64,000 nucleotides of DNA, from the IMG/VR virus record IMGVR_UViG_3300032307_000705, positions 19,723 to 83,722 of that record. The stretch is one strand, 5' to 3'. Both the position numbers and the translations under genes were made by a program. The notes under the pieces are model-generated. The model searched no databases. It saw nothing but the letters and a program-made list of their open reading frames with translations, and was not told the DNA's origin. This stretch comes from a virus. This document shows positions 51,121 to 60,480 of this stretch, one piece after another. Positions within the stretch are counted from its first letter, which is position 1; each line of letters starts with the position of its first letter.

Positions 51121-52203
51121 ATGTTGAATGTTTATCATACGTACATACCCAAACAAATAATTTGGAAGGAAGAAATGTACCCACAATTATTGAGTGTACT
51201 TGAGGCAAAGAAAAATTACGGGAATATTTCAATTTACACCAATACTTCTACTAAAAAACAAATGAAGGATATAGGATTACCCTATGACTATGTTAACACC
51301 TCATTGTTGAACAAAGAGAAAAGTAGGATGTACAGTTATTATAAACTCAAGGTTTATGAAAATATTAAAGAAGAGTTCTTACATATAGATACTGACACAA
51401 TATTATACAAGAATTTTCATTTCCAAGATTCAAATAAAGAATTCATATTTTCAAGTCCTAGTGACGTAGGACCCGAAGGATTGAATGAACATGATTTTCC
51501 GAATCTTGTCAAAACATACGCTGGACTTTTTTATGTTTTGGAGAAACAACACAGTGATTTCAAGAAAGATAATTTCAAGGTTTCTGAGATACCAAATATG
51601 TCAGTCATATATGCCAAGGATTATGAGTCAATGAACTTGGCAGCAAAGAAATCTATTGAACACTATCAAAAAAATAAGAAATTTATTGACGATGCTGGTG
51701 GGGAATGTTACATCGAACAACTGATGATTCATTTGAATTTAATGGAAATCAATGAAACTTACAAGAATCAAGTTAGAAATAAAGAAACTTTCTTATCACA
51801 CAAAGAATTTTTGATGGTTGAACAAGAGTATCAAGGGATTACGAATAGTAATTATACTTTTCCATTCAAATTTATTGTAACAACACCGAAAGGTTATAAC
51901 CAATGTAATAGTCTATTATCGTATTCTCATGATGATAGAAATGAAAAGGAACTGACACTCAGAAGTGAAGAAGATATAATTAAACTTTTCGATTTTGATT
52001 TTTTCGGAGTTCAACATCTTACATATAGGAAATGGGATAGAATATTACAATGTATTTGTATTGGATACTTACATAAAAACTATGGAGAACATTGGATTAG
52101 ACAGATACATGATTACTACAAATCTATCTATCCAAGTTATGTTAGAGAAACACTTTCAGAAGGGGAAAAACTTTACGAAAGACTCACAGGGTTCAAATTT
52201 TAA
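51121..52203 (+). CDS. DxD glycosyltransferase-like (DUF6734-like) protein
   Basis: KLKVY..FLHIDTDTIL, PNMS, YIEQ. Confidence 0.55.
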   Translation: MLNVYHTYIPKQIIWKEEMYPQLLSVLEAKKNYGNISIYTNTSTKKQMKDIGLPYDYVNTSLLNKEKSRMYSYYKLKVYENIKEEFLHIDTDTILYKNFHFQDSNKEFIFSSPSDVGPEGLNEHDFPNLVKTYAGLFYVLEKQHSDFKKDNFKVSEIPNMSVIYAKDYESMNLAAKKSIEHYQKNKKFIDDAGGECYIEQLMIHLNLMEINETYKNQVRNKETFLSHKEFLMVEQEYQGITNSNYTFPFKFIVTTPKGYNQCNSLLSYSHDDRNEKELTLRSEEDIIKLFDFDFFGVQHLTYRKWDRILQCICIGYLHKNYGEHWIRQIHDYYKSIYPSYVRETLSEGEKLYERLTGFKF

Positions 52204-52248
52204 TTTTTTCTAAATTCTTGATATATATGTAAGAAATTACATAATAAA

Positions 52249-52650
52249 TTGATGGAAAAATTTAATCCTTACCACCAACATTTATTACTTAGATGTTGGG
52301 CTACTAATCCACCTAAAAAGGTGGAAGAATTGAATAATTGGTTCATAAACTTGGTTGAAAATGTGGGGATGAAGGTTGTTGCTGGGCCAACAAGTGTCTA
52401 TGTTTCAGATCCAGGTAATGAAGGCCTGACAGGAACTGTAACTTTGGCAACCTCACATGCATCAATTCACATTTGGGACAATTTGGAATTACCGATGGTG
52501 CAATTCGACATTTATTCCTGTAAATCTTTTACCTTAGAACAAGTAATGGAATGTTTCGAATCATTCGGATTGACCAGAGCGGAATGGATTATGATTGACA
52601 GAAATAGTAAACCCATCATCACTTCTGAAGGTGTGTGGGAGAAAAAATAA
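52249..52650 (+). CDS. speD: S-adenosylmethionine decarboxylase proenzyme
   Basis: GLTG..LATSHASIHIW..DIYSCK pyruvoyl-enzyme pattern. Confidence 0.8.
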   Translation: MMEKFNPYHQHLLLRCWATNPPKKVEELNNWFINLVENVGMKVVAGPTSVYVSDPGNEGLTGTVTLATSHASIHIWDNLELPMVQFDIYSCKSFTLEQVMECFESFGLTRAEWIMIDRNSKPIITSEGVWEKK

Positions 52651-52680
52651 GTGGTTAAAATTAACCACTTATTTTTTTTT
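52646..52680 (+). terminator. Terminator hairpin
   Basis: AATAAGTGGTT-AAAATT-AACCACTTATT plus T run. Confidence 0.7.
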
Positions 52681-52729
52681 ATGGATTATTTTCTTTACTT
52701 TTAGGGATTGAAACTCACTAAAAAAAGAT

Positions 52730-52981
52730 ATGAAGAAGGAAATAAATATTGAAAATAGAAAATCAGCGTTTGTTGATTTGGAAGATTTTTGTCACCATTC
52801 ATTAGGTGATAGAAAAGGGAAAGGTGATTTTTTGGAAGTTACTGAATGGTCAAATGGTGATGGGTATGATATACATATTGAGGACGTGAACGGTCCACTT
52901 CGATTCATGTTAACTTGGGGTCAGTTCGAAGCTATGAAAAAGTGTATTAAAGCAATTGACAAATCACACAACACCAAATAA
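52730..52981 (+). CDS. Hypothetical protein
   Basis: FLEVTEWSNGDGYDI. Confidence 0.7.
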   Translation: MKKEINIENRKSAFVDLEDFCHHSLGDRKGKGDFLEVTEWSNGDGYDIHIEDVNGPLRFMLTWGQFEAMKKCIKAIDKSHNTK

Positions 52982-53023
52982 TATTTGGTTAGAAACAAGT
53001 ATTTATTAAATAAACAAAATATC

Positions 53024-53158
53024 ATGAAAGTAAGAACATTAGAATCGGAAACCCGAATGAGATACCTATTAGGAAATAATCCTATGGGAGAGTTGGTCAA
53101 AGTCGTATCGGCTGCATATAAAGTAAGAGAGAATAGAAAACAAAAAGTTACCGTCTGA
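53024..53158 (+). CDS. 44-aa protein not in ORF track
   Basis: MKVRTLESETRMRYLLGNNPMGELVKVVSAAYKVRENRKQKVTV; TATTTAT at 53000-53006. Confidence 0.5.
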   Translation: MKVRTLESETRMRYLLGNNPMGELVKVVSAAYKVRENRKQKVTV

Positions 53159-53213
53159 GTAAACGGAATTCACCCATCACGAAAATAACCATATTTCATA
53201 ATATTTATACCTG

Positions 53214-54032
53214 ATGAAAGTTTGTATTAAAAGTCCAAAATCAGAAGTTAATCAGGAACAATTAGAGGTTATTTCTTCATTTATTAAATTTCTACAAAGC
53301 CAACTCCCACTGTCTTCAGATGTGGAGGTTAATCTTACTGGTGACCAATCCACCACAGGTACTACTGGTGTAAGAATGCCAGGAAGTAAAATGTATATTT
53401 TGGCTAAAGGTAGAATGCTAATTGACATCTTGAGAACCATATCTCATGAATGGGTTCATGAATATCAATATCAAGAGATGGGATTGGACGACAAGAAAAA
53501 GATACAAGACATTGGGGGACCTGAGGAGAACATGAGTAACGTTCTCTCAGGTATTTTTATTAAAAAGTTTGACAAACAAAATCCTGATTTCAAAGAAAGA
53601 CTTTACGAAGATAAAAAAGTCGTTTCTCTTCGGAGAAAAAAAGATCCCATCGATGATGAAATAGAAGAAATCGAAAGAACGGTGGAGGATTTATCGAGGA
53701 ATTATGGGGTCGATACATCAGTTAAAGATATTGTAAAAGCATTCAGAAACGGTGTTGAAATTGAAATTCCTTATGAAGTGTGGAGTAAATTGGAAAACAC
53801 ACATTCCAACAAAATCAAGGTGGGAGAAATGGATAAGGTAAGGCAAATTGCCAAAGAATTCAACAAAACCAATCCAACAAAATTATCCAAAGCTCTCATG
53901 GGTGGAGTTTATGATAGGCCAATGATACTTAAGTTTGGTGATAGATATTACTTGGTTGCAGGTAATACAAGACTTTCAACCGCTGCCGCATTAGGGATGA
54001 CTCCTATGGTTTTGATTGGTGAACTACAATAG
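53214..54032 (+). CDS. HExxH zincin-like domain fused to ParB/Srx-like domain
   Basis: LRTISHEWVH; PMILKFGDRYYLVAGNTRL; TATTTATA at 53202-53209. Confidence 0.65.
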   Translation: MKVCIKSPKSEVNQEQLEVISSFIKFLQSQLPLSSDVEVNLTGDQSTTGTTGVRMPGSKMYILAKGRMLIDILRTISHEWVHEYQYQEMGLDDKKKIQDIGGPEENMSNVLSGIFIKKFDKQNPDFKERLYEDKKVVSLRRKKDPIDDEIEEIERTVEDLSRNYGVDTSVKDIVKAFRNGVEIEIPYEVWSKLENTHSNKIKVGEMDKVRQIAKEFNKTNPTKLSKALMGGVYDRPMILKFGDRYYLVAGNTRLSTAAALGMTPMVLIGELQ

Positions 54033-54035
54033 TCA

Positions 54036-54689
54036 TTAGGGATTATAGTCCCAATTCTCATCTGAAGGACGCCATTTACTATAGTCCTCTGATTTCCAAA
54101 TTTTTGTCGAATATCTGAAATAAGGGATTTGTGATATATCCGAGGTTCTACTCGGTTGATACCATCTTGTTCGGTTATTAGGTTGAGCACATATCTGTCC
54201 ATTTTCTAATTTGGATATATTGTAACATTTGTGTTCATTAGGAGTTTCACTCCATCCACAATCTATTTCATTTGGATCCGAGTGAGTCGTATCGATAGTA
54301 AACAAATACTCACCTTCAACAATACTTTGGTCCTTCATCGTAGTGTAGGTTTTAACACCTCTAAGGACACGTTTCTCAATTACAGATATGTTGTATGACA
54401 GGCAATCCCAAAGTTGTAAGAAATCCAAAGGAAACACCTTATCGTTCGGTTGTGGTTCCCTCCAACGAAATGCGTGTATTGGTAATTTATCGTAAACTGC
54501 TCCGAACTTATCGACATAAGTTTCGAATAATAATGCACGGTTTGGAATAGATTTTACGCTGACCCAATGTCCTTTTTCCCATTCACCATCACCCAAGTAT
54601 TTTCCTGATTCATCTTTTTGAAAATCGTATAAAAACTTTTTATCTATAAAAACTTCTACGGGTGGGATGTTTGCGACTAAGTAACTCAT
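54036..54689 (-). CDS. Conserved-looking phage hypothetical protein
   Basis: YLVANIPP, LQLWDC, YLFTID, AQPNNR. Confidence 0.75.
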   Translation of the reverse strand: MSYLVANIPPVEVFIDKKFLYDFQKDESGKYLGDGEWEKGHWVSVKSIPNRALLFETYVDKFGAVYDKLPIHAFRWREPQPNDKVFPLDFLQLWDCLSYNISVIEKRVLRGVKTYTTMKDQSIVEGEYLFTIDTTHSDPNEIDCGWSETPNEHKCYNISKLENGQICAQPNNRTRWYQPSRTSDISQIPYFRYSTKIWKSEDYSKWRPSDENWDYNP

Positions 54690-54701
54690 ACTGGTAAATA
54701 G

Positions 54702-54965
54702 TTATTCTATTTCTTTTACATCAAGTTTATATGTCTTTTTGAACCAATAAGAAACTACGGTCAAAAGGACATTATCAATATAACCCTTCCCGAATCTTTT
54801 GTATAGTTCATTTCGAGCGATGTCAGAGATAAACATTGTTTGTGTTTTTATATCAAATAGAAAAAACTCATTTACCCATGTCTGTTCTTCTCGGCTATAA
54901 TGTAAATAAGGAAATCCAAACTTATCATCAATATATTTTACAATATGTTTTTCGATGGTTGTCAT
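54702..54965 (-). CDS. Hypothetical protein, distant relative of the MKYIISE family
   Basis: IVKYIDDKF..MFIS..WFKKTYKLDVK. Confidence 0.6.
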   Translation of the reverse strand: MTTIEKHIVKYIDDKFGFPYLHYSREEQTWVNEFFLFDIKTQTMFISDIARNELYKRFGKGYIDNVLLTVVSYWFKKTYKLDVKEIE

Positions 54966-55047
54966 ATTAAGAAATATACACAAAAATAAGATTGGAAAAA
55001 CGTATTCGCTTTCTTTATAATCAGAAACTTTTTATTATTTTTACAAT

Positions 55048-55392
55048 ATGGGTATAAATAAGTTTTTAGAGAAAGTTTCATGGAAACTACATAGAGTCAG
55101 TTTCAAAGTTAGTTTATTTACTATTGGATATTATGGAGATTCTTCTTCATTTAACTTCAGAGTTTTTACAGTCCTTAATAAACTTCAGGAGAGTTCATTA
55201 TTATCTTTTTCTTTTAGGTTACCAAATAAAACTTATGTAAAGAGGTTTGTTGTTGACCATTGGGATTTTTTGTTTCTAAGACATTACCTTTACAAGAAAT
55301 ATGATAGTTTGATTGATAAGGAGTTATGGACTATAAAAGGGACCACAAAGATAGATAACATTAAACTCAAAGTCTTACGAAAGTTATTTTAA
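55048..55392 (+). CDS. Hypothetical protein
   Basis: ORF track. Confidence 0.55.
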   Translation: MGINKFLEKVSWKLHRVSFKVSLFTIGYYGDSSSFNFRVFTVLNKLQESSLLSFSFRLPNKTYVKRFVVDHWDFLFLRHYLYKKYDSLIDKELWTIKGTTKIDNIKLKVLRKLF

Positions 55393-55429
55393 TCAGCAAA
55401 GTATTTCGTTCTTTGTGTATTTATATATA

Positions 55430-55861
55430 ATGAGAGACCTTATCCGAAAAATATTAAGAGAAGAACGAAACGTTGATTATACTCGTCTAATACAGAAACT
55501 AGTTGATAGCTCTATAGTTTCCAAATATCCTGATGATATTTGTAAAATAGAAGTTGATGGGAATACTAAAAATGTTCAATATCCAAGATATTGGGTTTCA
55601 GTGATATTCAAAGTCAGTCTCAATCATCTTACGGTCCATGATTTAGCAAAAAATATAATGAATGAAATTTACACTACTGTAAATGATTACTTTGGGATCC
55701 CACCTCAAATGCGTTCGGCATTTGTCCGTAATTGTGAGGAGGATACTACAGATTTATTCGAAGGTGAAATAACTGAAAGATGTTGGAAAGGATATACTCA
55801 GAAAGGGATGAAAACCATGTTTGGAAAAAGATATCCGAACTGTGTTAAGAAAAAGAAATAA
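55430..55861 (+). CDS. Leader protein with C-terminal CWKGY..PNCV peptide
   Basis: MRDLIRKILREE; ITE-RCWKGY..YPNCVKKKK; TATTTAT at 55418-55424. Confidence 0.75.
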   Translation: MRDLIRKILREERNVDYTRLIQKLVDSSIVSKYPDDICKIEVDGNTKNVQYPRYWVSVIFKVSLNHLTVHDLAKNIMNEIYTTVNDYFGIPPQMRSAFVRNCEEDTTDLFEGEITERCWKGYTQKGMKTMFGKRYPNCVKKKK

Positions 55862-55877
55862 TATTTAACAAATCAGG

Positions 55878-55905
55878 AACCTCACCATAACGGTGAGGTT
55901 TTTTT
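55878..55905 (+). terminator. Rho-independent terminator
   Basis: AACCTCACC-ATAAC-GGTGAGGTT plus T run. Confidence 0.8.
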
Positions 55906-56137
55906 ATTCAGATATTTTTTTTATATTTGGTACACACCTAAAATAAAAATAACACATGTTACGACTTATCAATGTTTTGATTGTAGGATTCATTGTTGTT
56001 TGGGGGATAAACAATATCCCGAACTTTATGATGTACCTTATCATCGGAGCAATAGCATTATATTTCTTAAAAGGAAAATAGGTATTGTGTTTATTTGACA
56101 ATATCAAAATAAATTATTACCGTTAAATAAAAAAGTT

Positions 56138-56386
56138 ATGGCAAAAAAGAAATTTACATTTATTGGTGAAAGAACACTCGTTACCGCTTGGACGTATAGT
56201 GTATTGGCAGAAGATGAAGACGAAGCACGTGATCTTATCGAGTCATGCGCTGATGGTGGATGCGATGACATTTACCACCACGACGATGAAAAGGTTTACA
56301 CTGATGACATCGAATTTTCATATGACGATGAAGTAGAATTAAACGAAGAAGAATTAGAACGATTAACACAATTATATAAAAAATAA
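56138..56386 (+). CDS. Acidic small protein, paralog 1
   Basis: MAKKKF..ER..AW..V.AE.E.EA. Confidence 0.75.
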   Translation: MAKKKFTFIGERTLVTAWTYSVLAEDEDEARDLIESCADGGCDDIYHHDDEKVYTDDIEFSYDDEVELNEEELERLTQLYKK

Positions 56387-56393
56387 AAAAGTT

Positions 56394-56618
56394 ATGGCAA
56401 AGAAGAAATTTATCATTGTTGCAGAACGATATGTAGAAGAGGCGTGGACCCTTCACGTTGAGGCTGAAACAGAAGAAGAAGCGTTACAAATAGTTGAAGA
56501 TTGTCCTTGGGACGAATGCGATGGAGTGGAACACCAACAAGATGTCACTTCATACAGAGATGAGGTTGAATACCGTTGTAGTGGAGAAATAGATGAAGAG
56601 GAAGATACAGAAGAATAA
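56394..56618 (+). CDS. Acidic small protein, paralog 2
   Basis: Same pattern; duplicated AAATAAAAAAGTTATGGCAAA start. Confidence 0.75.
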   Translation: MAKKKFIIVAERYVEEAWTLHVEAETEEEALQIVEDCPWDECDGVEHQQDVTSYRDEVEYRCSGEIDEEEDTEE

Positions 56619-56652
56619 GAAAAAATAACAAACAAATACAAAAAATAAAACT

Positions 56653-56991
56653 ATGGAAATTTTATCAATTATCGGATGGGCACTATCCGTTGTAACCGCA
56701 CTCTTTTTAGGAAAAGGTGCAATCGATAAACTTGTTGGAACACAAGAAATGGTGGGGAACTTCGCATTCATGAAGTTAGAGAAGTACAGAGTCGTTACAG
56801 GATTAGGTGAATTGTTAGGAGTTGTACTACTATTGATTCCTGCAACATCATTGTTCGGAGCAATTCTAATCGCGTCATTCATGAGTGCGGCGGCAGTAAT
56901 GCACCTATCACTAATGGGTGGAGCAAAAACCTACATTCCAATTATGATCGGAGTAACGGGTCTCTTGGGACATTTTCTAAGAGTATTTTAA
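56653..56991 (+). CDS. DoxX-like membrane protein
   Basis: Four TM; GLGELLG..LLIP..MSAAAVMH. Confidence 0.75.
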   Translation: MEILSIIGWALSVVTALFLGKGAIDKLVGTQEMVGNFAFMKLEKYRVVTGLGELLGVVLLLIPATSLFGAILIASFMSAAAVMHLSLMGGAKTYIPIMIGVTGLLGHFLRVF

Positions 56992-56997
56992 TTAAGG

Positions 56998-57024
56998 CCC
57001 TCACCCAAAAGGTGGGGGTTTTTT
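56998..57024 (+). terminator. Terminator of a repeated family (also near 60940 and 62182)
   Basis: CCCTCACC-CAAAA-GGTGGGGG plus T run. Confidence 0.75.
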
Positions 57025-57045
57025 ATTTCCTGTATATTTATCTAT

Positions 57046-57927
57046 ATGAATTTGCATGAAGACATAAATAGGATTAAGGAAGTCATGGGACTCGACAGGA
57101 AACCTGAAGTTGTTAGGAAAGGTGAACTTACTAACAAATACGGTGAAGAGATAACTATGATATTATTTGATGATGGGGAAGTAAATTTCAAACATACTGA
57201 CTATGGTAATGAATTCCTACCACTAAGAAGTCTGTTACGTAAAGATTCTGAAGGAAACTCAATGTTTATGGTGGTTCTGAATCAAGAGGAAAAAGATTTT
57301 GTTAATAACTTCCTCCGAGATACAAAATATCAAAATGAAAGTTACAATCCGACAATCACTGAAAGCCGTGATATGTTCTTCAGGAGAAGACAGGACGAAT
57401 TTCTTGATGATCTTATTACTTCTTTCGAGTGGATGGAGGTAGAAGAAGCGGATAGTTTTGAAGAATATCTTGAGATGATTTTAACACATTCAATAGATGG
57501 TTTCTTTGGTCATAATAATATTCTTCTGACTTATGAAGAAATAGAGGAGCTAATCCCATTTGCTCTTCAAACATTACGTAATGACGAAAGATTATTTAGA
57601 AAAATCAGACACCATTACTATTCAAGTGAAGACTCATCAATCAATGAATCCAAGGAACTTGTTCGTGTCAAAAGAAGAATGGATGCTTTGCTTGATTATA
57701 TTGAAGCTTCATATGATTGGTTGTCACCACGTAGATTCAAAGACTTTGATGATTTTTTAGAAAGGGTTGCATTCTCAGCAACAAGAGATTTTGTTGCCGA
57801 TGAAATAGGAGGGGAATACCAAGAACAGTTAAAAATATGTGACGAGTTAGAGCCAATGGTATTGGATTTAATAAAGAAACATTCGATATACGATGAGATT
57901 TACGATCACTATATCTCCAACATATAA
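57046..57927 (+). CDS. Leader-bearing multi-module protein (apparent polyprotein)
   Basis: MNLHEDINRIKEVMG leader; modules start after ITE-S and INE-S; TATTTAT at 57035-57041. Confidence 0.75.
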   Translation: MNLHEDINRIKEVMGLDRKPEVVRKGELTNKYGEEITMILFDDGEVNFKHTDYGNEFLPLRSLLRKDSEGNSMFMVVLNQEEKDFVNNFLRDTKYQNESYNPTITESRDMFFRRRQDEFLDDLITSFEWMEVEEADSFEEYLEMILTHSIDGFFGHNNILLTYEEIEELIPFALQTLRNDERLFRKIRHHYYSSEDSSINESKELVRVKRRMDALLDYIEASYDWLSPRRFKDFDDFLERVAFSATRDFVADEIGGEYQEQLKICDELEPMVLDLIKKHSIYDEIYDHYISNI

Positions 57928-57931
57928 CCAA

Positions 57932-58276
57932 ATGAATTTACAAGAAGATATAAATAGAATCAAGGAGGTTATGGGGATCAATGAAGGTTTCCTTAATACT
58001 TTTCTAAGAAGAAGAATTCCTGCGTTTTTAGATGCAGTTGTTGATGTTGCTGACCAAATATATGTTAGGGGAGACAGAGAATATTCTGACGATGATTTCA
58101 GGAATTTTTTAGACAGGTCAATATTTGCTTCAGTAAGAGACGTAGTAGAAACTTATGATTTAACCCACGAAGAATTAAGGGAACTTGAAATTATTTTATT
58201 AAGAACAATCAATAGAGACAGAGAACTGTTTCAAACACTCAAACAAATCTACATAAGCAAACTCCATTTAGAATGA
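57932..58276 (+). CDS. Leader + RR-module paralog
   Basis: MNLQEDINRIKEVMGINE-GFLNTFLRRR. Confidence 0.75.
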   Translation: MNLQEDINRIKEVMGINEGFLNTFLRRRIPAFLDAVVDVADQIYVRGDREYSDDDFRNFLDRSIFASVRDVVETYDLTHEELRELEIILLRTINRDRELFQTLKQIYISKLHLE

Positions 58277-58608
58277 ACTTAAAAGAAGATATAGATAGAA
58301 TCAAAGAAGTGATGGGGATTAATGAGAGTAACCCATATCTTAAGAGAAGATTCCCTGAACTTATTCCTGCGGTTATTCAAGCCGCAGAGTGGTACGTTCC
58401 ATCATTCATGCCTGACTTTGAGACATATGTAGATAGAGCAATATACTCGGGGATTATAAGTGTAATACCTGATAGTTATGCTGATTCACACGCGGATGAA
58501 ATGTATGAGTTAGAAGATATGGTCAGAAATTACATCTACAATAATGAGGAAGCACACGAGAAGTTTAAGTCTTTATATATGGGTAGTGGCAAAAAATATA
58601 AAGGGTAG
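58273..58608 (+). CDS. Leader + RR-module paralog
   Basis: MNLKEDIDRIKEVMGINE-SNPYLKRR. Confidence 0.75.
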   Translation: MNLKEDIDRIKEVMGINESNPYLKRRFPELIPAVIQAAEWYVPSFMPDFETYVDRAIYSGIISVIPDSYADSHADEMYELEDMVRNYIYNNEEAHEKFKSLYMGSGKKYKG

Positions 58609-58615
58609 TAACCAA

Positions 58616-58900
58616 TTACCCAGCCATATAAACTTTCACATGAAATTCATTCTCAAACCAATTCGTAATGAATCTAACTGCTTCCTTTCGAGTAAGACCG
58701 AACATAGTTTCGAACTCATCCAAGAATTCGCCCAATATGAATAGTTCTCTTTTTCTTGGGAAATATTCTAAATAGTTCTCCTCATCATCATACACGGCGA
58801 TACCCGCTTGATTATCGATTACATCCTTACTTAATAAGAAAGAATCCAAATACTTTTTCATGATGTTATCAAGTCGACTCTCGGAGATAATATATTTCAT
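58616..58900 (-). CDS. MKYIISE family paralog 4
   Basis: MKYIISESRLDNIMKKYLDSFL..WFENEF. Confidence 0.8.
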   Translation of the reverse strand: MKYIISESRLDNIMKKYLDSFLLSKDVIDNQAGIAVYDDEENYLEYFPRKRELFILGEFLDEFETMFGLTRKEAVRFITNWFENEFHVKVYMAG

Positions 58901-59190
58901 TTTACATTGAATTCTTTCTTGAACCAATCTTTTATAAAGGTAATAGATTCTTCATAATCTTTATTAAACAAATAGCTGAATTCCTCAATAAATTGATTGT
59001 TCACCCATAAGTCCTCATCGTCATGGTTATAGAACATATATTCAGTCCAAAAAGAAGTGTCATCATCAGTATTCCGATCCGCGATTACCAAACTATCACC
59101 ATAATCCAAGATTTGTTTGGAGGTTAAGAATGAATCCAAATAACTTGTCATGATTTTATCAAGCCGACCCTCAGATATAATATATTTCAT
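58897..59190 (-). CDS. MKYIISE family paralog 3
   Basis: TATTTAT at 59195-59201 (minus). Confidence 0.8.
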   Translation of the reverse strand: MKYIISEGRLDKIMTSYLDSFLTSKQILDYGDSLVIADRNTDDDTSFWTEYMFYNHDDEDLWVNNQFIEEFSYLFNKDYEESITFIKDWFKKEFNVK

Positions 59191-59209
59191 ATAGATAAAT
59201 ATAAGGAAA

Positions 59210-59503
59210 TTAAAACGAGGTCATTGATTTTCGGACTGTAACTCCAAATTGGTTTTCAAACCAACCGAGAATGAATTGGAGAGCTTGGGGTCTTGTAAGG
59301 TTAAACATGGTTTCGAAAGTATCTAAAAAGTCCTCTAATGTAAATAACTCTCTTGGTCTTGGCAAGTAAGTAAAAAGTAAGTTATCTCCATCGTACACGA
59401 GGGTACTTGTTTGGGTATTAATTATATCTTTATCCAATAAAAAACTGTCCAAGTATTTTATCATGATTTTATCAAGCTGACTTTCAGATATAATATATTT
59501 CAT
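59210..59503 (-). CDS. MKYIISE family paralog 2
   Basis: TATTTAT at 59508-59514 (minus). Confidence 0.8.
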   Translation of the reverse strand: MKYIISESQLDKIMIKYLDSFLLDKDIINTQTSTLVYDGDNLLFTYLPRPRELFTLEDFLDTFETMFNLTRPQALQFILGWFENQFGVTVRKSMTSF

Positions 59504-59565
59504 GTTAATAAATATCGGTTAAATAAAAAGGGGGTTGGGGGAAAATCGAACCCGGTGTACGACAG
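59483..59565. repeat. Direct repeat copy 1 (about 83 bp: gene start, TATTTAT box, G-rich element); copy 2 at 59858-59941
   Basis: ttcagatataatatatttcatgttaataaatatcggt..gggggttggggga..atcga.cccgg..tacgacag in both. Confidence 0.85.
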
Positions 59566-59566
59566 A

Positions 59567-59878
59567 TTAATAGGTGAATGGTTCATCAGGAAATAACAAC
59601 CATACTGTCCTTGCTCGTGTATTATATTCGTCCTGAAACCAATTTCTAATATATCTCATACTTTCTTTTCGACTTAAATTAAAAATGGTGTCTATATCTT
59701 CAATTAAATCAGTGCTAATGTATAATCTCTCTTCTTCATAACGGTAAGCCAGTACTTCACTATTACCCTGCATTATATCGAACCCATCGGCATCATCATT
59801 CCCTTCTGTGAACCCCAAAGAACTTAAGTACTTATTCACCAATCTCTCTAATCTTTGTTCAGATATAATATATTTCAT
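59567..59878 (-). CDS. MKYIISE family paralog 1
   Basis: TATTTAT at 59883-59889 (minus). Confidence 0.8.
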   Translation of the reverse strand: MKYIISEQRLERLVNKYLSSLGFTEGNDDADGFDIMQGNSEVLAYRYEEERLYISTDLIEDIDTIFNLSRKESMRYIRNWFQDEYNTRARTVWLLFPDEPFTY

Positions 59879-59994
59879 GTTAATAAATATCGGTAAAATA
59901 AAAAAGGGGGTTGGGGGATAATCGACCCCGGCATACGACAGTTATATTGTTACAAACTATTTAATATTATAATAATATAAGTATATTAGAAATT

Positions 59995-60477
59995 ATGTAC
60001 AAAAAATTATTCACTAAAAATGAATGTGACGACCTTATATCCTTTGCTGAAGGTCAAAACGAATGGGAGAAAATTACTGATTTTTCAAGTTATCAGATTT
60101 TTACTTTCCAACCGGGTAATCATGTTTCCGATAGGATAATTAATTACGGAAAAGAAAAATTAGGACTATCAATTTTATCCGTCAACCTGGCGATATTAAA
60201 GTATGAGGTGGGAGACCATTTTCCGAGACACATAGATAGAACTCAAGAAAAAGAATTCAACAAAGATTTTTTATATAACATTAATGTTAAACTTAATGAC
60301 GACTACGAAGGTGGGGAATTTTTCCTCAATGATAAATTGTTTGTCGCAGATGTGGGAGATGTCTATCATTATAAATCTACGGAGTTTCATGAAGTTAAAC
60401 TTGTAACCAAAGGATTAAGATATTCAGGATTATTCTACATCAGAGAAAGAGATCTCGGAGTATCAAAATTAATATGA
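59995..60477 (+). CDS. 2OG-Fe(II) oxygenase
   Basis: LKYEVGDHFPRHID, YEGGEF, HEV..V..G.RYS. Confidence 0.85.
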   Translation: MYKKLFTKNECDDLISFAEGQNEWEKITDFSSYQIFTFQPGNHVSDRIINYGKEKLGLSILSVNLAILKYEVGDHFPRHIDRTQEKEFNKDFLYNINVKLNDDYEGGEFFLNDKLFVADVGDVYHYKSTEFHEVKLVTKGLRYSGLFYIRERDLGVSKLI

Positions 60478-60480
60478 CAG

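Noticed and set aside
59521-59565. tRNA remnant (GGGTTCGATT on minus strand)
   Set aside because: No cloverleaf and the motif is altered in the second copy; kept only as a repeat
57046-59941. Diversity-generating retroelement behind the paralog arrays
   Set aside because: No reverse transcriptase and no adenine-specific template/variable repeat pair visible
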